Below are positions 46,681 to 55,725 of a stretch of 60,030 nucleotides of DNA, one piece after another. Under the pieces are notes generated by a model that worked only from the letters and a program-made list of their open reading frames with translations, ran no database searches and had not been told where the DNA came from. The stretch is from Candidatus Rokuibacteriota bacterium (GTDB lineage: Bacteria; Methylomirabilota; Methylomirabilia; Rokubacteriales; CSP1-6). How positions within the stretch are numbered: the stretch's first letter is position 1; each line of letters begins with the position of its first letter. The translations under genes were made by a program, and so were the position numbers. The stretch lies in the NCBI GenBank assembly GCA_016209635.1, contig JACQWC010000130.1:1-60030 (forward strand), written 5' to 3'.

Positions 46681-46717
46681 TAGACTGAAGTACCGGGTCG
46701 AGCCCTGGAGGGATCGC

Positions 46718-49012
46718 TTGGCTCAAACAGACGCCGTCCACGCGCTGCAAGAACGCCTCGCATTCGAGCAGAAGCTCGTCCAGCTCGTCGATCGCATCCA
46801 CTCCGCGAAGAGCCTCGACGCCATCTTCACCGAGCTGCACGGCGAGATCCTCGCGCTCTTCGACGCGGACCGGATGACCCTCTACGCCGTCGACCACGAC
46901 AAGAAGGAGCTCTACTCGAGGTACCTCCAGCTCGACACGGTCCGGGAGATCCGCCTGCCCATCACCGAGAAGAGCATCACCGGCTCCGTCGCCACCTGGC
47001 GGCAGATCGTGAACATCGCCGACGCCTACGACAAGGCGGAGCTGGCCCGCATCTCGCCGAACCTCGGGTTCGACAGCTCGTGGGACCAGAAGACGGGGTT
47101 CAGGACCACCCAGGTGCTGGCCGTGCCGATCGTCCACGAGGGCAAGACGACGCTGGGCGTGCTCCAGCTCCTGAACAAGAAGCACGGCCCGCGGTTCACC
47201 AAGGAGGACGAGACCAGCGCCGCCCGCATCGCCAAGACCCTGGGCATCGCCTTCAACAACCAGGCGCAGCTCGGCCAGCGCCGCGGCGGCAAGTTCGATT
47301 ACCTCCTGACGCAGCAGCTCATCACCCAGGAGGAGCTGAACGCGGCGACCGGCGAGGCGCGGCGGCGACAGGTGGACCTCGAGGCGGTCCTGACGGAGCA
47401 GTACAAGATCCAGCGGGGCGACATCGGCGCCGCCCTCAGCCAGTTCTACAAGGTTCCCTTCGTCGAGTTCAGCGACAAGATCATCCCGCCTCCCGACCTC
47501 ATGAAGGAACTGAAGCTCGAGTTCCTCAAGCGGAACCTCTGGCTGCCCCTGAGGCGGGAGGACAAGGCCGTCACCGTCCTGATCGACAACCCCCAGGACC
47601 TCCAGAAGGTCGACAGCGTCAACCACCTGCTGTCGGGCTACAAGATCCAGCTCGCCGTCGGGCTCAAGAAGGACATCCTCCAGTACCTGGGCGTCGCGGG
47701 CGGCGAGCAGGCCGGCGGGTCGAAGGAGTCCATCTCCAACATCCTCGGCGAGCTCCAGGCCGAGGACGCGCCCGGGGCGAGCGACGACGCCTCGGGCTAC
47801 GACGTCGACGAGAACGACAGCAGCATCATCCGCCTGACGAACCAGATGATCATCGACGCGTACAAGGCGCGCGCGTCGGACATCCACGTCGAGCCCTACG
47901 GCCCCCAGAAGGACGTGCTCGTCCGGTTCCGCATCGACGGAAGCTGCCGGGAGTACCAGAAGGTTCCCGGCACCTTCCGCCGGGCGATGGCGGCGCGCCT
48001 CAAGATCATGGCGATGCTCGACATCGCCGAGCGGCGCAAGCCTCAGGACGGCAAGATCAAGTTCAGGATGCAGGACCGGGAGATCGAGCTCCGCGTGGCG
48101 ACCATCCCGACCGCGGGCGGCAACGAGGACGTGGTGATGCGCATCCTCGCGGCGAGCGAGCCGATCCCCATCGACAAGCTCGGGATGACGGAGCGCAACC
48201 TCGGGGAGATCAAGAAGATCGCCGAGAAGCCGTACGGGCTGATCCTGGTCGTCGGGCCGACCGGCTCGGGCAAGACCACCACGCTCCACTCGGTCCTCGG
48301 CTACATCAACAAGCCCGAGCGCAAGATCTGGACCGCGGAGGACCCCGTCGAGATCACGCAGTACGGCCTCCGGCAGGTGCAGGTCCAGCCCAAGATCGGC
48401 TTCACCTTCGCAGGAGCGATGCGCGCGTTCCTCCGCGCCGACCCGGACGTGATCATGGTCGGCGAGATGCGCGACGAGGAGACGGCGTCGACGGGCATCG
48501 AGGCCTCCCTGACCGGGCACCTCGTGTTCAGCACCCTCCACACGAACAGCGCCGTCGAGACCGTGATCCGTCTGCTTGACATGGGCCTCGACCCGTTCAA
48601 CTTCGCCGACGCGCTGCTGGGCGTCCTCGCGCAGCGCCTCGTCAAGCGGCTCTGCCCGGAGTGCAAGGAGGAGTACCACCCGGAGCGCGACGAGTACGAC
48701 GAGCTGGCAGCCGCGTGGGGCAAGGAGGACTTCGAGAAGCTCGAGATCACCTACGATGACGACTTCTCGCTCTACCGGGGCAAGGGCTGCGGCAACTGCA
48801 ACAACAGCGGCTACCGCGGCCGCGCCGGCATCCACGAGCTCCTCATCGCGACGGACGAGATCAAGCGGCTCATCCAGACGAAGGCCCGCGTGTCCGAGAT
48901 GCTCGTGCGCGCGAGGGTGGAGGGGATGACCACCCTCGTCCAGGACGGTATTCTCAAATCGTTGAGCGGCGTGACCGACTTCCGTCAGGTCAAGGCCGTC
49001 GCGATCAAGTAG
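46718..49012 (+). CDS. GAF-domain PilB/GspE family ATPase
   Basis: N-terminal GAF; ASDIHVEP, DIAERRKPQDG, GPTGSGKTT, EDPVE, DPDVIMVGEMRD, CPEC/CGNC; GGAGG SD before TTG. Confidence 0.92.
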   Translation: MAQTDAVHALQERLAFEQKLVQLVDRIHSAKSLDAIFTELHGEILALFDADRMTLYAVDHDKKELYSRYLQLDTVREIRLPITEKSITGSVATWRQIVNIADAYDKAELARISPNLGFDSSWDQKTGFRTTQVLAVPIVHEGKTTLGVLQLLNKKHGPRFTKEDETSAARIAKTLGIAFNNQAQLGQRRGGKFDYLLTQQLITQEELNAATGEARRRQVDLEAVLTEQYKIQRGDIGAALSQFYKVPFVEFSDKIIPPPDLMKELKLEFLKRNLWLPLRREDKAVTVLIDNPQDLQKVDSVNHLLSGYKIQLAVGLKKDILQYLGVAGGEQAGGSKESISNILGELQAEDAPGASDDASGYDVDENDSSIIRLTNQMIIDAYKARASDIHVEPYGPQKDVLVRFRIDGSCREYQKVPGTFRRAMAARLKIMAMLDIAERRKPQDGKIKFRMQDREIELRVATIPTAGGNEDVVMRILAASEPIPIDKLGMTERNLGEIKKIAEKPYGLILVVGPTGSGKTTTLHSVLGYINKPERKIWTAEDPVEITQYGLRQVQVQPKIGFTFAGAMRAFLRADPDVIMVGEMRDEETASTGIEASLTGHLVFSTLHTNSAVETVIRLLDMGLDPFNFADALLGVLAQRLVKRLCPECKEEYHPERDEYDELAAAWGKEDFEKLEITYDDDFSLYRGKGCGNCNNSGYRGRAGIHELLIATDEIKRLIQTKARVSEMLVRARVEGMTTLVQDGILKSLSGVTDFRQVKAVAIK

Positions 49013-50177
49013 CCGCGCCTTCTCCCTCGGACCGTAGCGCCACCCGCCGGAAGCTCGCGTACAGCAGGACATCGTAGACGATCTTCAGCGTGCCGCCGAG
49101 CGCGAACGGCGCAGACAGCGCGATCGCCTGCATCACCCACCCCGTCAGCGCGGGCGTCAGCGCCTGGGCGACCGTCCGCGCGAGGGTCGTCGTGGTCGCC
49201 GCCGCCTCTCGCTCGTGGTCGTCGACGACCGCCATGACGTAGGCCTGGCGCGTCGGGACGTCCATCTGGGACAGGAGGTGGCGGAGGAAGAGGAGCCCGA
49301 CCGCCGACCCCGCGGTCGGGGCCACCGCGATCGCGATCAGCACGACGTTCGACGCGAGGTGGGAGACGACCATCGTGTTCAGGAGCCCGAAGCGCCGGGC
49401 CAGGGGCGCGGCCAGCCCGAGCGATGCCGCCGTCAGGAGCTGCGAGACGAAGAAGACGAGGCCGAGCGCGTCGAGGCCGAGACCGTAGCGCGCGTGGAGG
49501 AAGTACGCCACGAGCGACTGTACAACGAATCCCCCCGCGAAGGAGTCCAGCGCGAAGAGCGCGGCCATGCGCCGGATGAGCGGCGCCGAGGGCAGCGTGC
49601 CGCCGGGCTTCCGGACGACCGCGGGCCCCCCCTTGAGGCGCAGATAGGCGAGAGACTGCACGCCCGCGCCGCCGAGGAACACGAGGAAGAGCGGGCCGTA
49701 GGCCGGGAGGACGCCGACGACGGCCGCACCGAACGCCGCGGCCCCGTAGCCCAGGAGGTTGTAGACGCTCAGGAAGGCGGTCCGGCGGGGGGCGGGGACC
49801 GCGCGGGCGATCAGGACCTGCTCGACCGTGAGGAACGGTCCCGTTTCGCCCGCGCCGACGGCGACGTTGCCGAGCATCGCCGCCGCGACCACGAGCCACG
49901 GGTTCGAGGAGCGAAGGAGGATCAGGGCGGCGACGCCCGACAGGGCCGCGAGGCCGAGGAGCGCAGCGCGCCCGCCGTACCGCTCGGCCGGACGCCGGAT
50001 GGCCCACGTCAAGGCGCCGCTTGCCGCGAGGGTGAGCGTCACGGCAACGCCCACCCCCACCGCGCTCATTCCGAGGGCGGCGAGGTACACGGGCAGGACG
50101 ATGCCGAGGAAGCCGTAGCAGAAGGTCCGCGCGGTCTTGGCGACGAAGACCGCGGCGACCTCACGGGGGAGCGCCAT
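49005..50177 (-). CDS. MFS transporter
   Basis: About 12 hydrophobic segments, AERYGGR, SQMDVPTRQAY. Confidence 0.88.
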   Translation of the reverse strand: MALPREVAAVFVAKTARTFCYGFLGIVLPVYLAALGMSAVGVGVAVTLTLAASGALTWAIRRPAERYGGRAALLGLAALSGVAALILLRSSNPWLVVAAAMLGNVAVGAGETGPFLTVEQVLIARAVPAPRRTAFLSVYNLLGYGAAAFGAAVVGVLPAYGPLFLVFLGGAGVQSLAYLRLKGGPAVVRKPGGTLPSAPLIRRMAALFALDSFAGGFVVQSLVAYFLHARYGLGLDALGLVFFVSQLLTAASLGLAAPLARRFGLLNTMVVSHLASNVVLIAIAVAPTAGSAVGLLFLRHLLSQMDVPTRQAYVMAVVDDHEREAAATTTTLARTVAQALTPALTGWVMQAIALSAPFALGGTLKIVYDVLLYASFRRVALRSEGEGAAT

Positions 50178-50598
50178 GGACTCGCGCGCGGCAGTAGGCG
50201 TAGAGCGCGTCGTACACGTGGAACTGTCGCGTCATGTTGTCATGGTCGTCGCGGGCGATCGCGCGGAAGCCGGAGGCGACCGCGTAGAGTCCCCACGACT
50301 CGGGGGTCAGTTCGCGGGCCTCCGTGTCCGCCCCCCGGACGATCGGCGCCAGCACGCGGAGCGCGGGGTCGTCGAGCCGGTACTTGGCGAGGAACGCGTC
50401 GAACGAGCACAGCTCGCCGTGATGGCCCAGCTCGACCCCCGGCACGTCGAAGGGGATCGCGCGCTCCCCCTCCGCGACCTGCATCACCTCGTCCGCAGGC
50501 ACGAAGCGGAAGACCGGCTCGGGATCGATGAATCGAGCGATGAGCCAGGGGCAAGCGATCCGATCGACCCGGGCCTTCTCGCGCGTCACCCACCTCAT
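50161..50598 (-). CDS. chrB: Chromate resistance protein ChrB (C-terminal domain type)
   Basis: MRWVTRE, VDRIACPWLIARFIDP, PFD, CSFDAFL, IVRGADT, YDALY. Confidence 0.88.
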   Translation of the reverse strand: MRWVTREKARVDRIACPWLIARFIDPEPVFRFVPADEVMQVAEGERAIPFDVPGVELGHHGELCSFDAFLAKYRLDDPALRVLAPIVRGADTEARELTPESWGLYAVASGFRAIARDDHDNMTRQFHVYDALYAYCRARVHGAPP

Positions 50599-50689
50599 CG
50601 CAGCCCTCCTCGTCTCGCCGCCGCTCGCGGCGGCGCACCGGTCAGTTCGGCGTACCACCCTACCTCAGACCGGCCGTAGAGCTCGGGGG

Positions 50690-50718
50690 TTGACAGTGGC
50701 TCAACTCGTGTTTAGTAT
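50690..50718 (+). promoter_or_regulatory. Near-consensus sigma70 promoter
   Basis: TTGACA-17 nt-TAGTAT, followed by GGAGG SD and ATG 50746. Confidence 0.8.
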
Positions 50719-50745
50719 ATGGACGACTGACGGAGGTCAACGGCG

Positions 50746-51036
50746 ATGAACCCGGTTGAGCGTGTCCTGCAGGACGAGCTGACCCACCTGATCGATCGCC
50801 TGGCCGCGTCCCTCCCGGACGGCAGCCTCGAGGCGATCAGCTCCACGACCCCCACCCTCCGCGCCCGCCTCGACGAGGTCGAAGCGCAGCTCGCCGGAAC
50901 CCGGGCGACGCTCCTCGAGGGCTACGGCCGGTGGCGCCGGGCGCTCGAGGACCTCGAGAACCTCTGGGCACTCGGCGCCTGGCGGTCAGCCGCGGCGCAG
51001 GAGCCGGCCGAGCACACCTCGACGCTCGCCGCCTGA
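50746..51036 (+). CDS. Small helical hypothetical protein
   Basis: Promoter, SD and coiled-coil-like sequence. Confidence 0.75.
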   Translation: MNPVERVLQDELTHLIDRLAASLPDGSLEAISSTTPTLRARLDEVEAQLAGTRATLLEGYGRWRRALEDLENLWALGAWRSAAAQEPAEHTSTLAA

Positions 51037-51456
51037 GCGGGCGCGCGCCGCGACGTACGCGGCGCGGATCGCGTCGAAGCGCTGCCAGTAGTCCGGGAGC
51101 TCCCTGGCGAGCACCGCCTGGCGCGCGAGCAGCGCCTCCACGCTTGCGTCGGGCGGCGGGACCGGACCTGGCCGCGTCCCGAGGGACGCTGCCTCGCCCG
51201 GGCCGGTCACGAAGTCCCGCTGCAGGCGCTCGAGGAACTCGCGCACGATCGCGGTGAACTCCTCGCGATCGCGATCCCTGTCGGCGGCGGGCAGGGGCAG
51301 GCCGCGGGCGCGCCGCGCCTGAACCATCGCGTCCAGGCAGGCGAAGTCGACCGCTTCCTCGAGCCGCTCGCGGAGCTCTCCGTCGAGGCGGTCGCGCAGG
51401 GTTCCGGACTCGCCGGGGTCGCGACGGAAGGAGGTGCCGAAGGGGGACGGGCTCAC
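50986..51456 (-). CDS. Hypothetical protein
   Basis: GTGA-coupled to the upstream gene; protein-like LEEAVDFACLD...LPDYWQRFD. Confidence 0.65.
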   Translation of the reverse strand: MSPSPFGTSFRRDPGESGTLRDRLDGELRERLEEAVDFACLDAMVQARRARGLPLPAADRDRDREEFTAIVREFLERLQRDFVTGPGEAASLGTRPGPVPPPDASVEALLARQAVLARELPDYWQRFDAIRAAYVAARARSGGERRGVLGRLLRRG

Positions 51457-52352
51457 GGGGCCAGCATTCGGCGCAGGCCGATCGCGAGCGCGGTCGGCGT
51501 CATACCGAACGCGGAGAAGAACGGCGTCGGGTCGCAGGTGTTCTCCTCCTCGAGCATCAGGAGCTGGTCCGGGGTCAGCGGGAAGTAGGGCAGGGGATGG
51601 AGGACGCGCGTCGTCCGGCGTACGAGCCCGAGCGGGACGTGGAGCTTCAGCACCCGCCGTCGCCCCACGATCTCGCCGATCAGATCCAGAAGGTCACCCA
51701 GCGCCACCGCGTCCGGACCGCCCACCTCGTACGCCTGCTTGACGGTTCCCGGGAGCGCGAGCGCGCGGGAGAAGCCTTCGGCGACCTGCTCGACCGCGAC
51801 CGGCTGGAGGCGCTGGCTCCCGTCTCCGATAACGGGCACCACGGGAAGGCGCCGCACCATCCGGGCGAGCATCGACACGAAGCCATCGCCCCGGCCGTAG
51901 ATCACGGACGGACGGAAGATCGTCCACGAGAGAGAGCTCGCCCGGATCGCCTCTTCGGCGGCCCACTTCGTCCGGTGATAACGCGAGCGGGCGTCCCCCC
52001 GGGTCCCGAGCGCGCTCATGTGGAGGTACCGGCGCACGCCGGCCTCGACCGCAGCCTCGAGAACATTGAGCGTGCCACGCGTGTGGACGTTCTCGAAGGT
52101 GATGCCGAGAGCGAGGTGCTCGCGGATGATGCCGACGAGGTGGATGACCGCCTCGCAGCCGGCGATGTCCTCGGCGAGGCCGCGGCGGATGAGAACGTCC
52201 CCCTCGACCCGCTCGATCGCGCCGAGCCCGTGCAGGTCGCGCTCGGAACCACGCCGGACGAGGCAGCGCACGATGTAGCCATCGGCCCTGAGGGCGTGGA
52301 CGACGGCCCGTCCGACGAAGCCGGTCGCGCCGGTCACGAAGACCCTCTGCAT
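51453..52352 (-). CDS. NDUFA9-like NAD-dependent epimerase/dehydratase (atypical SDR)
   Basis: VTGATGFVG, HLVGII, HMSALG, YHRTK, FRPSVIYG. Confidence 0.9.
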   Translation of the reverse strand: MQRVFVTGATGFVGRAVVHALRADGYIVRCLVRRGSERDLHGLGAIERVEGDVLIRRGLAEDIAGCEAVIHLVGIIREHLALGITFENVHTRGTLNVLEAAVEAGVRRYLHMSALGTRGDARSRYHRTKWAAEEAIRASSLSWTIFRPSVIYGRGDGFVSMLARMVRRLPVVPVIGDGSQRLQPVAVEQVAEGFSRALALPGTVKQAYEVGGPDAVALGDLLDLIGEIVGRRRVLKLHVPLGLVRRTTRVLHPLPYFPLTPDQLLMLEEENTCDPTPFFSAFGMTPTALAIGLRRMLAP

Positions 52353-52397
52353 CGGCCGAATCCTATCAGGAAAGATCGCCGGTGGTAAGATCGCGAG

Positions 52398-54740
52398 GTG
52401 GCTCCCCGTCGCCGCCTCGGCCCGGCGCTCGCCGCGATGCTGCTCGCGGCACCCGGTAGCTGCGCCGCCGCGCTCGACTTCTCGCCCGTCGACGAGGCGG
52501 CGCGCGACGCGGTCGGCTCAGGGGAGATGCCGGGCGCGGTCGTTCTCGTCGGCCGCGGGGAGGAGATCCTCTACGAGCAGGCCTTCGGATGGCGGGCGCT
52601 CATTCCCGACCGCCGGCCGATGACAACGGACACGGTCTTCGACATCGCCTCCCTGACGAAGCCCCTCGGGACGACGCTCGCGATCATGGCGCTCGTCGAC
52701 CACGGCGCCCTCGGCCTGGACGCGCCGCTCGGCCGCTCCCTGCGCGAGTTCGGTGGGCCCGCCTTCGCGGGCGTGACGATCCGGAGGATGCTGACCCACA
52801 GCGCCGGGTTCGCCGCGATCCCGCCGAACGGCGGCCTCGACGGCGGATTCCCGGGCGCCGCGGCCGCGCTCGCCCGGGCGGGCCTCGAGTACACGCCCGG
52901 GACGGCGGTCCAGTACAGCGACACGGGCTTCATCCTCCTGGGCGAGATCGTCCGCCGTGTGAGCGGGGAGCCTCTCGACCGCTATCTGGCGCGGATCCTC
53001 TTCCGACCGCTCGGGCTCGCCGACACGACGTTCCGTCCCGGCGCGCGCCTGCGCGAGCGCGTGGCGCCGACGGCGTTCGCCCAGGGGCGGCTCCTCCAGG
53101 GCGAGGTCCACGACCCGCGCGCCCGGCTGCTCGGAGGCGTGGCGGGGCACGCGGGCATGTTCTCGACGGCGCGGGACCTCGCCAGCATCTGCCGGATGCT
53201 CCTCGCCGACGGGGCGCTCGATGAGCGCCGCGTGCTCAGCGCGGCGACGGTCCGCGCGATGTTCGCCCCCGACGCCGAGAACGACGGCGCCCGCGCGCTC
53301 GGCTGGGACGCCGCCTCCGTGTTCTCGCGGACGATGGCGCCGTTCTTCCCGGCCGGCTCCGTCGGCCACACCGGCTTCACGGGCACCGCGGTCTGGCTGG
53401 ACCCGCCGAGCCGCACGTACCTGATCCTCCTGACCAACCGCGTCCATCCGAACGGCGGAGGCGCCGAGCGCATCCGCGAGCTACGGATGCGGGTCGCGGC
53501 GGCGGTGGGCGCGGCGCTCTTTCAGCCGCCGTTCCCGGGGCCGCCGCCGGCCGACCCCGCGCCGGCGCCGCGCGCGGACGGAGCCGGAGCGGCGGGCCGG
53601 GCGCGGGCGGGCGCGGTGCGCTCGGGTCTCGACGTCCTCGCGGACCAGGGCTTCGCGACGCTCGCGGGCCATAGGGTCGGCCTCGTCACCAACCAGACGG
53701 GCGTCGATCGGGCGGGCCGCCGCGGGATCGACCTGCTCGCGGCCGCGCCGCGCGTGCGCCTCCAGGCGATCTTCTCGCCCGAGCACGGAATCACCGGCGA
53801 GGCGAGCGCGGAGGTCCCGCATGGCCGCGACGCCGCCACCGGTCGCCCCGTCTTCAGCCTCTACGGCGCCTCCCGCCGTCCGACGGCGGCGATGCTGAAG
53901 GACGTGAGCATCCTCGTCTTCGACATCCAGGACGTCGGTGTGCGCTACTACACCTACCTCACGACGCTCGTCTACGTGATGGAGGAGGCGGCGCGCCGCG
54001 GGCTTCCCGTCGTCGTTCTCGACCGCCCGAACCCGATCGGGGGGCGGGTCGTCGAGGGGCCGTCGATGGATGCCGACCTCCGCTCCTTCACCGGCCCGCA
54101 CGCGGTCCCCGTCCGGACCGGCCTGACGATCGGCGAGTTCGCCCGGCTCGTGGCGTCCGAGCGCAGGATCCCCGTCTCGCTGACAGTCGTCCCGCTGTCG
54201 GGCTGGGAGCGCGACCGCTGGTACGACGAGACGGGGCTGCCGTGGGTGAACCCGTCGCCGAACATCCGGTCGGTGACGCAGGCGCTGCTCTACGCGGGGG
54301 TGGGCCTCCTCGAGCCGACGAACCTCTCGGTCGGCCGGGGAACGCCTGCGCCGTTCGAGGTGATCGGCGCGCCGTGGATCGAGCCCCAGGGGCTCGCCGA
54401 GGCGCTGAACGGCCAGCGACTTCGCGGCGTCAGGTTCGAGCCGATCGAATTCACGCCGACCACCGACAAGTACGCGGGCGTGCCCTGCCGGGGCGTGAGA
54501 CTCATCCTCACGGACCGGGAGGCGATCCGCCCCGTGACCGTGGGGCTCGCGCTCGCGAGCGCCCTACGCGCGCGTCATCGCGACCAGTGGAGGGCGGAGA
54601 GCATCCAGAATCTCCTCGTGAGCCGCACGACGATGTGGGCCTTCCTCAGAGGCGAGCCGCTGGACCGGCTGGCCGCCTGGGCCGAGACGGATCGGAGCAG
54701 CTTCCTGAACCGGCGGGCGTCGTATCTCATCTACCGATGA
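52398..54740 (+). CDS. Beta-lactamase-family serine hydrolase fused to DUF1343 (NamZ-like exo-N-acetylmuramidase)
   Basis: FDIASLTK, YSD, GVAGHAG, GHTGFTG; then LVTNQTG, FSPEHG, FDIQDVGVRYYTY, DRPNP, PSPN. Confidence 0.9.
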   Translation: MAPRRRLGPALAAMLLAAPGSCAAALDFSPVDEAARDAVGSGEMPGAVVLVGRGEEILYEQAFGWRALIPDRRPMTTDTVFDIASLTKPLGTTLAIMALVDHGALGLDAPLGRSLREFGGPAFAGVTIRRMLTHSAGFAAIPPNGGLDGGFPGAAAALARAGLEYTPGTAVQYSDTGFILLGEIVRRVSGEPLDRYLARILFRPLGLADTTFRPGARLRERVAPTAFAQGRLLQGEVHDPRARLLGGVAGHAGMFSTARDLASICRMLLADGALDERRVLSAATVRAMFAPDAENDGARALGWDAASVFSRTMAPFFPAGSVGHTGFTGTAVWLDPPSRTYLILLTNRVHPNGGGAERIRELRMRVAAAVGAALFQPPFPGPPPADPAPAPRADGAGAAGRARAGAVRSGLDVLADQGFATLAGHRVGLVTNQTGVDRAGRRGIDLLAAAPRVRLQAIFSPEHGITGEASAEVPHGRDAATGRPVFSLYGASRRPTAAMLKDVSILVFDIQDVGVRYYTYLTTLVYVMEEAARRGLPVVVLDRPNPIGGRVVEGPSMDADLRSFTGPHAVPVRTGLTIGEFARLVASERRIPVSLTVVPLSGWERDRWYDETGLPWVNPSPNIRSVTQALLYAGVGLLEPTNLSVGRGTPAPFEVIGAPWIEPQGLAEALNGQRLRGVRFEPIEFTPTTDKYAGVPCRGVRLILTDREAIRPVTVGLALASALRARHRDQWRAESIQNLLVSRTTMWAFLRGEPLDRLAAWAETDRSSFLNRRASYLIYR

Positions 54741-54774
54741 CCCTCCGTGAGCGGCGCTGGGGGACGGGCGCGCG

Positions 54775-55725
54775 CTAGCGTTCGATCACCCGCAGATCGC
54801 CCGGCAGCGCGGTCCTCAAGTCGCGGCGCCCCGCCCTCGGGATCGTGATCACGGTCGGATCGCCGTCGCTCAGGAATCGCTCCTCCGGGCGTCGCTCGAA
54901 GTGGGCGAGCCAGGACTGGAGCTCGCGCTCGGTGGCCTGGATGCGGGGGAGCCGCGTCGGGTCGAACGCGCGGGAGAACGGCGAGGGCGCGGCGCCACCG
55001 GCGACCATCAGGAGGGCGTCGTGGCGATACGTGACCCCCTTCGCGGTGCCCTGGAGCGCCCAGCTCACCTCCCGCGGGTAGACCCCGTGGGGAAGCGCCA
55101 GGGTCCGGATCGGGTAACGGGGGAGGTGCCGCTGGATCCACTGCTGCGCGAGGGAGATCTGCTCCCGCACGGTCGCCTCCTCGTACTTGCCGAGGTTCGC
55201 GTGCCACAGCGTGTGGTTGCCGATCTCGTATCCGCGGCCCGCGAGGAACCGCAGCTTCCGGCCCTCGTGCTCGGGCTGGTCGAAGAGGCGGTTCGGCCGC
55301 GCGGCGCCCGGCAGGACGAAGAAGGTCGCCGCCCGGCCGAAATCGGGGTGCTCGCGGCTGAAGGCCTCGAGGATCCCGACCGCGCACTTCGGGTCGATCT
55401 CGAGCCGACCGTCGACCTCAAGGTACCGGAACTGGCCGGGCGAGGAGTCGTCGAAGGTGAGCACCACGGGCGTCCGCCCCGCCTCGAGCGCGATGCGCCC
55501 GTCGAGGAGGTCGTTGAGCGCGACGAGGCGGTACCCCCCCGCCCAGAGCGTCTCGAGATCGCGCCGGAAGTTCTCGGGCGTGCGCGTCCAGCGCTCCTCG
55601 GGGTAGTCGATGCGGTGGTACTCGAGGATCATCACCCGGCCCAGCTCGTTCGGGGGGCGCGTCTCCGCCGAGGCCGGCGGAGCCAGGAGGAGCGCCAGGA
55701 CCAGGGCGAGGAAGCGGCCGGTCAC
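54775..55725 (-). CDS. Polysaccharide deacetylase (NodB/CE4), exported
   Basis: Signal peptide; ILEYH, VLTFDD, IGNHTLWH, LPHG. Confidence 0.88.
   Translation of the reverse strand: MTGRFLALVLALLLAPPASAETRPPNELGRVMILEYHRIDYPEERWTRTPENFRRDLETLWAGGYRLVALNDLLDGRIALEAGRTPVVLTFDDSSPGQFRYLEVDGRLEIDPKCAVGILEAFSREHPDFGRAATFFVLPGAARPNRLFDQPEHEGRKLRFLAGRGYEIGNHTLWHANLGKYEEATVREQISLAQQWIQRHLPRYPIRTLALPHGVYPREVSWALQGTAKGVTYRHDALLMVAGGAAPSPFSRAFDPTRLPRIQATERELQSWLAHFERRPEERFLSDGDPTVITIPRAGRRDLRTALPGDLRVIER

Noticed and set aside
46631-46690. Mini CRISPR array
   Set aside because: Only two copies separated by 2 nt, with no spacers and no cas genes.
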